Source: Tubulanus polymorphus
Taxonomy: Eukaryota > Animalia > Nemertea
Assembly: GCF_964204645.1 (NCBI RefSeq)
Contig: NC_134032.1
Location: forward strand, 14,310,275-14,374,274
Direction: 5' to 3'
Length of the DNA stretch: 64,000 bases
Shown: piece by piece, positions 13,901 through 31,129 of the stretch
Layout: each line of letters opens with the position of its first letter
How positions within the stretch are numbered: position 1 is the first letter of the stretch
Program-made: the position numbers and the translations under genes
Notes under the pieces: generated by a model
What the model saw: the letters and a program-made list of their open reading frames with translations, nothing else
Told to the model about the DNA's origin: nothing
Databases searched by the model: none

Positions 13901-16207
13901 GGTTTAAGCCACCGGTCATTGGTCTCGTCAATCCAGGGTTTATGGGTTGAAACCCTGGTGGCGACAGAGTTTCTTGGTCGAAGGTTCTTCTCTGGTCTCT
14001 CCTCCATTGAAAAAAAGAAACGTCAAACCCACTTATTATGCCCTGCGTGGCGCTTAGCGGGTTGAGGGTGTTAAAAAAAAATATTAATCTGAAAAATCAT
14101 TGAATCAGAAAAAGTTTGATGATATCAGAAAAAACCTAAAAACCCGCTATGAATAAATTGAAGATGAACATTTTTTTCCAATTTTCAGTTATTGGAAGGA
14201 AATTTTTCTAAACAAGTCAGTCATGAAGTGGATGGATTAATATTCCAACCAGTTCCTGATGTAAGTATAAACCTGCCAGTCCTAAACTTATGCATTGGTT
14301 ATATAAGTTTTTGGCACAAACATTAGAGCCACGCATGCCGCATAAGATTAACGAAGCTACAAATTCGGAATGATGAACAGACCCGTCAAGGCCCCAAACA
14401 TCTAAAACTTCAAGTTCAAGTTCAAGTTTAAATTCAGATTTGAACGGTTTAGGAATATCACGATTCGCGGATTGTATAATCTCTACTGGCGGCCGCTTCA
14501 ATCAGGTTTACAGAATTCCCGAATAGGTACAGTCGCCCCAGAAGAGAATTCCACCATCGGTAGAGATCAATCGAAACCTGTCTTATCTTTGAGCTGAAAG
14601 AGGGACTCTAAATCTCTACAATGTACGTGTATAACAAAGAAAGATAGATGTTCAGTTTTGATTTTTTTGTAGGCGTATAAATGTGGTCGGTGTTCAGCTG
14701 TATTAAAATGGAAACCGCCAGGATTAAATTCAGTCGATTTTAAACTTCAAATACGCCGTGAAACTCACCCGGGGTAAGTGAGGAAATATTCATGTATTTT
14801 CATTAAAAATCTTGATCTGGTTTTCACAGTTATGAGTTTTGACTCTTCGGTTACAAAAACATTTTTAAATGTACGACTTTGACACTAACTACAGTAATAC
14901 AAAAATACATAAAGAGATCTCTTTATGTGTCTATTCAATGATGTCATAGGGGGATTTTTGGAGGCTGCCATCTTTTCTGAAAGAGCTTGAAATCAAATTA
15001 TGAACAGATGATTTGATGATGTCATAGGGGGATTTATTTCTCGACTTTGACTCTAACTACAGTAATACCTATAGAACTGGGTCCAAGCAAATCAATGATT
15101 TCATAGGCGGATTTATGGAGGCTGCCACCTTTTATGGAAGGTTCAACAGATCTGTCATTTCATTCGGGAACTTTGATGTCATAAGCCGGATATAATTTGT
15201 TTATTTACAGTATGTTACCCGAGACTAAGGGTTATTTAATGGTTGGAAGTTTGGATCGACCATTTTCGCAAATAAAGGTATGTTGCCTCTAGATAAGAAA
15301 TCTTAGAAATATAAAGATCCAGTTCCACTGAGTTAAAGTGAACTCTGATTTAGTTAAGTCTGAGTACAATTTTAACTTTCAGGTGACGAAAGAACTTCGC
15401 GAATTCGACAACAAAATCATCGAATGTTACTGGGACGCCAGTAGCAATCAATGGAAATTCATGAGACAAAGGACGGATAAATCATTCCCAAATGGATACA
15501 ATACCGCCATGGGTCAGTGTGTCATACCTGCTCTCTCTCTTTAACTACTCTCCCTCTCATTGTCACCTACAATACCGCTATGGGTCGAGTGTATTTCACA
15601 GAAATCATTTACTGCGTACAGTCAGAGCCCCTTTTTATGCGATCATCAGGACCAAAAAAATATGGCATCATAACGTATTTGGCATTCGAATGAAGACTAT
15701 TCTAAGACCAAGTTAGTTCGATGGCCAATCTGACATACTTACATTCTTGTCTCGAACCTTTTTAACCCTTTCAGTGCTGACTAATTGATACCTTATAGTG
15801 CTGGAGATAATTTGAATATTTTGAGAAATTCCACCCTAGTGTGTTGAATAACGGGAATAGCACTATAGTGTGTCTACACCGCAGCGCAGTGTATTGTTAG
15901 TTAGTCGCAGTGCGGTGTACTAGCAAAATCCATCACCGATTCATACACTGCACTGCGGTGTAGACACACTGAAAGAGTTAAGAATTTTACCGGAAACTCG
16001 CATGAACAGGAAAATTTTAGCGTTTTGCTTGTTGTTTCAGGTGTGTGTCAAAGTATTAAGAATCCCGTTACGAAAGACATTTTGTTCACGCTGATTTCGA
16101 ATGAACGTTGGATGCCGGCGACGACGAACTCCAGTCACGGAGCCGGGCCAAGTCATACTCGATCGGATCGTGAATTAATGCCGCCACCGCCGCCCGGGCA
16201 TCACTAA
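7977..16207 (+). CDS. RNGTT: mRNA capping enzyme (RNA triphosphatase + guanylyltransferase), 15 coding exons
   Basis: Starts [20 protein letters not shown]; triphosphatase motif [11 protein letters not shown]; GFPGSQPVS; guanylyltransferase motif [10 protein letters not shown]; HEVDGLIF; LKWKP; [10 protein letters not shown]. Exons: 7977-8049, 8421-8530, 9493-9596, 9707-9795, 10704-10919, 11309-11412, 11738-11844, 12043-12144, 12869-13076, 13668-13832, 14189-14260, 14673-14773, 15211-15277, 15383-15512, 16041-16207 (TAA). Confidence 0.96.
8690..9118. mobile_element. Harbinger-type MITE family B (copies ~1975-2102, 19786-19900, 20981-21120), here interrupted by a piggyBac-type MITE
   Basis: GGCCAGTT(G/C)CA.AGTCATGGC...GACTGTGCAACTGGCC termini and internal TTAAGACCAGTC motifs. 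Confidence 0.7.
8717..9012. mobile_element. piggyBac-type MITE; copies at 15762-15981 (inverted) and 6612-6739 (degenerate)
   Basis: TTAA TSD and TIR CCCTTTCAGTGC/GCACTGAAAGGG. Confidence 0.8.
9975..10198. mobile_element. MITE family C; full copy 47180-47403, partial copies ~44060-44240 and 39510-39585
   Basis: TIR GGCTAAA(C)AAAAATGATACCTTGTTTCTCCGC; internal sequences of the copies are near-identical. Confidence 0.75.
13332..13610. repeat. 32-bp minisatellite, about 8 copies
   Basis: Unit GGTTTTATAGATCAGTTTTGATTGTGAAGYCA. Confidence 0.92.
13881..14052 (+). mobile_element. tRNA-derived SINE (copy 1)
   Basis: A box GTGGCCGAGTGG and B-box-like GGTTGAAACC. Highly similar to 59888-60057. Confidence 0.75.
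14488..14623 (+). ncRNA. Candidate intronic box H/ACA (scaRNA-like) RNA in an RNGTT intron
   Basis: Hairpin closed by GGCGGC/GTCGCC, then H box AGAAGA/AGAGAA (14540-14548), then a hairpin AGAGAT..ATCTCT with apical UGAGCUGA loop, then ACA-NNN (14618-14623). No target identified. Confidence 0.35.
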
Positions 16208-19200
16208 ACCACGTACTTTCTTAAAACGCGGACTAGTCAAGCCGTTTTACAAAAACTGGATTAATTCGAAACCCGAATAGTGGAATTATTCGATAGCAAA
16301 CAATAAAATTGCACTAAACATCATCTGGATTTAAGGATTTATGAAACAGCAAAGACTGATTGTTGGATTTACTTAGGATAAATGCATTTTATTCAGGGGG
16401 ATATCAAGCTTTACGCCGAACCATTTTAAGTTCTACTAAGAAATACCCGAAGGACACTTTATGTAAAACAAAGGTGCACTTTTGTCAAAATATTCCGCAA
16501 AAGAAGACTATTTTCTTATAAAAAAAGTATGACTATCAAAAATGTTTTTTTTTTTGGGAAAAATTCTTGAAAGGACACTATCTTAAAAAACGAAGTCCCA
16601 ATTTTGCTAAAGTTTCTCAAAAAACTCTTTGAAAGGGGACTTTTTTCTTCTTAGAAGGGTGCCTGCTGTTAGAATGCTCTTTTCTTAGTTATTTGCCCTA
16701 AAAGACTTGTTTTATTACCCCTGTTGTGTACTACATAGTGGTATTATGTTTATAGTGTTAAATGTATAACTGTATTATTGTGACTATATGGAGGAGGTCG
16801 GGCGGCCGGGGCGTGCTGGGGTCGAGTAGGTACTAACCAACTGAAAGAGAATCATTCACATTCATAGAATTAGATCACCCATTTTTGTGAAGTGATCGTT
16901 GAATCAAAGCCTGCTAAACATTTTAAACCATTCAAACCGTTTTTATCGCAATCTTTTTTTGCGTGGGACGTATGTGAAAATACTTCAGGCCATGTATATT
17001 TTTATCAGAGGTCGAAATTAAGAGTTGATCATGTTTTCTCGTAGTACAGTAAAAACATGCTTAATTCAGATCCGTGTTAAACGCAAGTTTGGAGTCAACA
17101 ATCAGAATAAGTCGAGGGTAAAATCTTCGAAGCAGGGTACGGGTGCGATTTAAGCGCTGGCCCGAGGGTATAAATTTCTGGTCGGGCCAGTAGATTCTTT
17201 ATTTCTAGAAGTCCCTCGGACCAGTGGCTATTTAAGTACTATACTATGAAAGTTATTCGATCTATGCGCAACCATCGGTTTGTTTAGGTCTCGATCCATA
17301 TTTTACATTGTGTTGGCCGCATTTCTTGGAATTGCGTGTGGAATAACGCACACCATTAAAGACAATGGAACTGGAACTAGTTTTCAGATTTTCAGAGGCT
17401 TACTCAGTGCTTGCTTGTGCATCGAATCTGAATTATCGCTGTGAATTCCTGGTTGTCATCAAATATTTTTGAATATTTTTTATACTTTCATCAGGAGACT
17501 AAAGATATTAAAGGTGATCGGTTCTGTGGTAAGCTTGATCCGGGCACGCGATAATTAGATGCAATTGACGCTGTGGCAAGTGAGCAGTCTACTGTGGGAT
17601 CATTCATACGCACAATATTTTTCAACCCTCCTCCCCTACGAAATACGCTGACCCCCTCCCCCAATGCTCAATGGCAATGCAAACCTGATAAATGAATGAC
17701 CCCTGTATCAAAATCTAGATGAATTTTTCATTTAAAAAAGTTAGTTTTAATTAGACTTTTGATTTCTGGTGAACTGAAGAAATTCATCGGTGCCTGATAA
17801 TCCGGACTAAGCCTGTTTTTACTGTATCTGAAATATTTGTGTGCCATTAACGATTTATGAATAACCATTACTACATTTTGTGTAAAAATTCCTGTCAGTG
17901 CTGTCGCCATTTGTGGAATAATGGTTATTTCGCTGAGTATTGATTATTTACCAGGAAGTTTCAGTTGTTTTTTGCGGCAGCGATTTTATTTATTTGTTGC
18001 GGAATCATGTCAATATCGTAGTAGAAAAAAATAGATTTCGAAATGAAACCAATTTTTTGTATAAAAGATATTTTGTAAATAAATGAATGATGAAAATAAA
18101 ATGATATAAATTATTATAATGATGAAATTTTGAGCTACCTTTGTTAATTTGAGGAAGAATTTGCATTTGCAACAATACCAATTTTAGTATGGGGAAAAAA
18201 ATTTCTTTTCAAAATTTCAAAAAAAAAATTTGGAAATGCCAGCCTTGTGAGCTACATAAGATTTTACAAAAAAATTTCTAAGTTTATTTCATTGCGGATC
18301 TAGGACCATTTCCAGAAAAATAAATTCTGTGCGCCCATCTCTGTTCTCACAAACGCCCATGACGCTTGTATCAAAAACATTCGGCTTTGGCCGGGCTAAC
18401 CCGGCGCTCCGCACGACGGAGCTATCCTTTCGACCCGCCTGCACTGTAGAGTAGGTGAGGCCCTGGCAGGCGAGGATGTGAATCTGATTCGCGCGATTAA
18501 GCGGATGTTGAATTGTGGTAGTTAATTACGTCATCGTTGATCGAACACTTACACGGAATCTGCGGCTTAATCCCCGTCAATTCGGTCGCGTATTTCTCGT
18601 CATACTGTGAGTATTTCCAATTCGTTTTTCCTACCGATATTTCTAACGGGTCAGTCTAGAGGGTGCGGGGTCGATTAGTCGCTTGAATCGGATTTAAAAC
18701 TCGTTTTAAACCGGGTTTGAATCGATCTCTATCGCGGACGTAATCGATTTTTCCCCGCCCATGAATCGCCGGCGCTATTTTATACGAGCCCGGCTGAAAT
18801 AGTCACCCCGTTTTCACACAGATTTTGAAGCCTAACCATCTTCTAAACGTTTGAAATCGCATCTCAATCGTCAGTTGATAATTTAGAACTGATGTACTAC
18901 TGTTTAATTTGACAAATTAGCTCAGATAGATCGAGTTCAGGTGGTAGTGCCAGTGGCAAGTGAGTAATTCAGCCATTAATATTATACATACATACACGCA
19001 TCACGCACAGCACTGCAGCAGCAGCAGTACTGATGATGATGATGATGATGCTGCAGCAGGAGATGATGCTGCTGTAGCCACTGCAAACCAATGATGTTTG
19101 TTGTGTATTTTTCACGCATTACTCATTAATGAAATAAATAAGGAGGAATTTTTTTGCTCGTTGTTGGTCGGAGATTAACTCCTGATGATCACTCTCTCAT

Positions 19201-20527
19201 CAGTCAGCGCAACAAGATGAAATTATAATTACTGATAAAACAATAATTACTGATCAGTTAATTATCTTTCTCTAGCCTCGAGTGGATTTGAGGGCGAAAG
19301 ATCACGTGATCTTTTTGCTTTTATTGGAGGTACGAGTACTGGAGTAGCGACTTCAAACAAGAAGAAAATTGCCTCATCCATAAAAAAATTTTAATCAAAA
19401 AAATTTTTTTGTGATAGTCTTCATTCCATTGAGGAGTATTAGGGGAGGGGCAAAGTGATTTTGATGTCTGTCTATAGTAATTTCACATAGGTGTAAGTTC
19501 CATGAATTGACCATTTCACCTTGCTGGTGTTTACCGGTGCAGGTTGTGGTTTGCTGATTAGTCATACGTACTGTAAAAGTCTGATGCCATCATCATCCAT
19601 CCCTCTTTGGGACGTTTTACTGTGTATAATCTGACTCAGTGCTGTTGCTGCTGCTGCTGCTGTTAGACCATCCCAGTTGATGGTGATAATTAGAATTCTA
19701 TTGATACCTGCTCTGTCACTCTCAGGATTTTTACGTGTCTTGGTTGGCATTATTTGAAAATAAAAATGGTTTGACCGTGAGTCCAGGGGCCAGTTTGCAA
19801 AGTTAAGACCAACTTATTTCTATAGCCATCTAACAACTTAAGACCAGTCTTAAGATTTAAAACCACTTTTGGACTTAAGTCATGACTGTGCAATTAGCCC
19901 CAGGGCCCAGTTAAAATTTTTGGTGTAATTGCTATGGTAACTTCATATTTCCAATGAGGACAACAATTCAAATTTAACCGTTTTAGGCTTAAACAATTTC
20001 GTGAAACTGGGCCCTGGTAAATCCAAAATTTTTTTAGTTAATGATTGTAAATAATTTAAATCGGTTCTTAATTTGGTTCTATAGCCAATCTAACAATTCA
20101 AGACCAGTCTAAGCTCATTTTGGTTCTATAACCAATCTAACAACTTAAGACCAGTCTAAGCTCATTTTAGTTCTAAACCAATCTAACAACATAAGACCAG
20201 TCTAAGCTCATTTTAGTTCTCTAACCAATCTAACAACTTAAGACCAGTCTAAACTCAATAGCTTCTTCAATAACCAATCTAGAAAACTCGAGACCAGTCT
20301 AAACTCATTTTGTCTTAGACTGGTCATTATTTCTAGAGGAGTCAGTCTAACAGTAAGACCAGGCCTCAGATTTAAGACCACTTTCGACTGTTAGTCCTTG
20401 TTGCGCAGCTTGGTGCTGCACGACAGCTTACAGACAAAATTTACTAATATATTTATCAACCTGAAACAAATATGAATTCTCTCTTTAATCATTGAATTGA
20501 ATTTTTTACAGATAAAAACGTGGGATT

Positions 20528-26359
<5,832 letters not shown>

Positions 26360-26616
26360 CATAATCGTCGCTTAGATACGGTGCAGCTCAACCTTCTCAT
26401 CAACTACAAACAACAATGCTTTCATTTATATTCACATAACCCTGGCAACGCAACACACTGCCTCCCGCCGACTCCGTGACGCCGTCGACGGCAACCAACA
26501 ATAACTACTACAACCCTCGAGAGTAGTCATAGCGACCGTTTCCAGGGTGATGCGATCGACAAAAGGCTTCTCAGTTTTTTACCGATAGCTACGTATATAG
26601 AATGATATCAATCAAT

Positions 26617-26690
<74 letters not shown>
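26617..26690. repeat. (TA)n microsatellite in the 14-3-3 3' UTR
   Basis: Direct reading of the sequence. Confidence 0.95.
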
Positions 26691-26694
<4 letters not shown>

Positions 26695-29600
26695 TAATGA
26701 ATGTATATGTTAATATATGCCCATGTACTATCATAATTGATTAGTATTATGATATTACTTATAATTATTATGATGTGAGACTTGATTAAGTCATGTTTAG
26801 TCTCTCCCTCTCTCTTCTCTCTCTCTATATTCTTTTGTATGTGTTATATATGTGTGTGTGAAGTAGAAGGTATCACTTTCTTCATCTTTGATCCGATGAT
26901 AGTGTTAGAAACTAATTTTAAAATATGTTCAACTCGGCGTTGTTTTAGGCGGGGATAATTTTGTTGCGTTATCGGCATCTAGGAAACGAATTTGTAGTCA
27001 AATCACGCGACAAAGTTCTTTACGGTTTTGGATATTTCAGAGTTTGGTCGGTATTTTCTAATTTCCGTAAATTTGTCTAAATCGCAACGGTATAAAAATT
27101 TTGTGGGTTTTTGCCGCGGAAAAAGTTGATAACTCCCTCTCAGTTTTATTATCGTTTACTGATTGTAAAGCTTGTCTCGGTACTAACTTGGCAACGTTGA
27201 TTTTTTGCCTAGATTTCGTTGTATCCCTTCGGAAATATTCGTGTGCGGTTTTATTTTAAAGAATCGCCGTAGCAATAGAGAAAATATTATATCACGATAA
27301 TATGAAAAGAGCACGAGCTTCATTGTAAATTCATTTTATTGCGGTTCGCATTTTGAAAAAAGTCCGTTTCCGATTTTCTTAATAATGTTGCAGGGAATCA
27401 ATTTTAAAAAAAGCAATGTCAATTCCCGTGTAGTTAGAAAATCGTCAAAGTTCTGACGAAAGTGGTTTTTTCTTTCTTTCTGTTGAAAATCTGAAATTTG
27501 CTTTCATCGTTGTTTTGGGGCGAGAATTAACCCCTTCATACTCGCTACAAAAATGTCTCGTAATTTGTTTCACAGTAGTTGATTATCTGTGTCATATATA
27601 TATGGATATATAGTATGAAGCATGTTTAGATTAACCCCTTCGCCTATTCTGCCTAGTAATAGTACATCTGCCCTACCCCTAATAGTTTCTCCGAATCGTT
27701 GATAAGATCTAGCACCCGTCGCTTGCTTGTTGCATCGCCCAGGGGCCAGTCGCCCAAAAGTTGGTAAGAGTTAACCAGTGGATAGTTGACGTAGTGACAA
27801 TTTCAAGTTCATTTTTACTATGGTATCCATCCGCCGGTTATTTTTAACCAAACTTCGAGCAACTGGGCCAAGAAGTTCATTATCGCGAATTATCGTAAAA
27901 ACCGTAGTCGTCGTAGAATTAGATACAAATTAGATAATAACTTAATATCTGAAAGATGGCCGCCATAATAATAGGCGCCATCTAGTGTTGTATTTTGAAG
28001 CCAGGTCGTCTCATCATCCATACATCATTTCATCTTGAAAATAAATATGAATATATATATAAATATATATATTATAATATGTGATATATATATTTATTAT
28101 TATTATTGATGATAATATTCATTGTTGATTTTCGATTGTTTCGTCGATGTCGTTTGATCGCGTGGAAAACCCACGCGAGATTTCGATTCGCGAAACGATA
28201 TCGAAATATCGTCGCCATTTAAAAAAACATCGTCATCGTCATCTCATTACGTCAGCTGCATCATCCTCATTATCATCATCATATTATTATTATCATTGTT
28301 ATTATTATAATAATTATTATCATTGCTGGAATTTGTTTTTAGATGTTATTCACCTCATCAAACGAGCACACGTGTTAATTAACTAATTAATTAACCAATT
28401 GCTAATTATAATTAGAAATATGAGTATTTTGATCATAGTGTGTCCCACCCGCTCGCCCCGCGCTGCCTTCATCCCTCACCCCATACAAAGCTTAAATCGC
28501 TCGCTCATTCTCAGTGTCTAAATTTTTTTTTCGAAAATTATCTCTTGTGACTTTCGTGTTGAAATTAGAATTTTGGCCGCGCCCGTCGCAAGTCGTCCTA
28601 CCCCGAGAGGGGCGCGCTCAGAGAATTCGAAGAAAAAAAAACGGGAAAACTCTTTCAGTTAATTGACGTCGGTGCCGTCTGGCGTGCCTCGGCCTAGCAT
28701 CAAATCTCGCATTATTTCACTCACACAATGTTAGCAGTTCGAAAATGGTCGTCAGTGTCGATGTTAGTTGCCACGGTGACTCGCATTATTCGACAGTTCT
28801 CGAAAAATCGGCGGGCAATTTCTCGAATAGTCGTTAGGTCGGATTTTTGTTCGAAGCAAAAACGTACGGATGAAATTATCAATTGTCGTCATAGCAACCG
28901 TTGTAAGAGTTATATCTAGTTTGAAAAAAAAGTTGTCTCATAGTAGTTCGCTCGTCAGCCACCAGGTGGTGTCTCGGTTCGGTTAGATATTTGTGCGATA
29001 AATCTAAAAAGATGATAATAATTTGTGCACTTTGTGTTTTAATCATTGGTCGGCGCTTTAAACCAAAATAAGCGAAAAATAGACAAACATCGGTCGTTCA
29101 AGGGGGAGCTTGTGGCTCCCTCTGTCATCATATCGTGAGCTGTACGTTAATCTTTAAAAAATGTTTCTTTTTCGAAAAGTCATCTGGTTGTTCAACGATC
29201 GATATATTAAGTGTCTCGATAGTTTTCGAAGAATTAAGAAATGTTTGAAGTCGATGATGGTTCATTTCAAGGTCTAATAATTTGGTAACCATTTTCATCG
29301 ATATACATGTCATTTTACGCCCTCCGTTTAGAGAGACTCTGATGTTATAATCGCGTCGTATCTCGTTCGGCTTCTTATTTTTTCGGGTGATCTGAAAAAA
29401 GAAATATGAATTCTAAGATCGAAATTTATATTCCCTTGAACTCTAAACGAGCGTCATATTCTAAACTCATCAAAATTCGATGTTACGATTTTGTCCCATA
29501 CGGGCGGAAATATTTTCGGTAATTGATGCTTCTCTACGATTGTTAAATGTTTACAATTATTAGTGAAAGGTTCATCAGTTTTGGAAATCGAGGTTGAAGA

Positions 29601-30009
29601 ATTTTTTTAGGAAGGATTTTTGATCGCGAAAATATTGTGTTTTTTTTTTTGGGATTGTTATTTATGGTTTGAAAAATGAATAAAAAGATTCGACATCAAG
29701 ACAGAGGTCTGACCACCGACTGCAATGTTTACCATTTAGCCACCGCAGTAACAGTAATCGGTCGCGTACCGGTATTATCATAAATATCTCCGATAAAAAA
29801 AAAACGAAACAAAAAAAATTGATTTCTTTTCGTGCATGTTTTTATTTTATAAATCGCCATGTCACAAAAATTTAAGAAAGATTATTAAAAGCTGACATTG
29901 TGTTAAAACGTAAAAAAAGATGTTTTATTTTTTTTTGTGTCTGTTGGTAGTATTTTCGAGGATGAGAAGATAAGTCATTCGATCCACTCCCTCGAAGAAT
30001 AACCCGTAA

Positions 30010-30745
30010 GATCATCATCCGGTTTTCAGACTGAAGGTGTCTAGAGCCATATTGTCCCTGCTGTGGGTTAACCCATAAGATCACAGGATTTCGGACTAAA
30101 GTATCTATACTATTCCACCGTTCCTGGTGGTAAGATCACCAAGTTTTCAGACTGAAGAAGATATTATCATATTGTCCCTGCTGTGGGTTACCCATGGCAT
30201 AAGACAGAGGATTTCGGACTAAAGTATCTATACTGTTCCACCGTTCCTGGTGGTAAGATCACCAAGTTTTCAGACTGAAGAAGATATTATCATATTGTCC
30301 CTGCTGTGGGTTACCCATGGCATAAGACAGAGGATTTCGGACTGCAGTATCTATAGCCACTGTTCCCGGTGGTAAGATCACCAAGTTTTCAGACTGAAGA
30401 AGATATTATCATATTGTCCCTGTTGTGGGTTACCCATGGCATAAGACAGAGGATTTCGGACTGAAGTATCTATATTGTTCCACCGTTCCTGGTGGTAAGA
30501 TCACCAAGTTTTCAGACTGAAGAAGATATTATCATATTGTCCCTGCTGTGGGTTACCCATGGCATAAGACAGAGGATTTCGGACTGAAGTATCTATATTG
30601 TTCCACCGTTCCTGGTGGTAAGATCACCAAGTTTTCAGACTGAAGAAGATATTATGATATTGTCCCTGCTGTGGGTTACCCATGGCATAAGACAGAGGAT
30701 TTCGGACTACGGTATCTGTAGCCACTGTTCCCGGTGGTAAGATCA
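30010..30745. repeat. ~120-bp tandem repeat, about 6 copies
   Basis: ATTGTCCCTGCTGTGGGTTACCC recurs every 119-123 bp. Confidence 0.9.
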
Positions 30746-31129
30746 TTCAGTTCACAAACTAGAGTATTTTGAGCTGTAGCTTATAAATAAGATCCTCTGG
30801 ATTAGTGACGTATGGATCACAACAGGAACAGCGGCCTTGTAATGAATACAACCAGTATCAATGACCAATATTATAAAATAAAAACCTTTTTTTGTTATAC
30901 AGGGATACTGGAGTCGGTCACTAATACTGGTTTTATTGATTCACTATCAATTGTGACAAGTCCCTATGGTATGGATTCGAACCTGGGGCACCCGATTGGA
31001 TTAGATGAATTGAACTTCCGGCTGGTGCTGCCACCTATGCACGTTTCGATTTACAACCGTCTTAGGAAACTCGGTGACGACAAAACTCACTATTCTGCGC
31101 GCTCCGCGATTCAGAGCTCCACAACAACC

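Noticed and set aside
13881-13965. tRNA gene (also at 59888 and 36916)
   Set aside because: A and B boxes are present, but there is no proper cloverleaf and a shared non-tRNA body follows, so these are SINEs.
14261-14623. Telomerase RNA, suggested by the CR7-like loop and H/ACA end
   Set aside because: No CUAACCCU-type template, pseudoknot or P6.1 could be found upstream.
30812-31129. N-terminal extension of MRTO4 suggested by the 124-aa ORF
   Set aside because: Mrt4 proteins begin at MPKSKR (ATG 31130); the upstream part is promoter or UTR with no recognisable homology.
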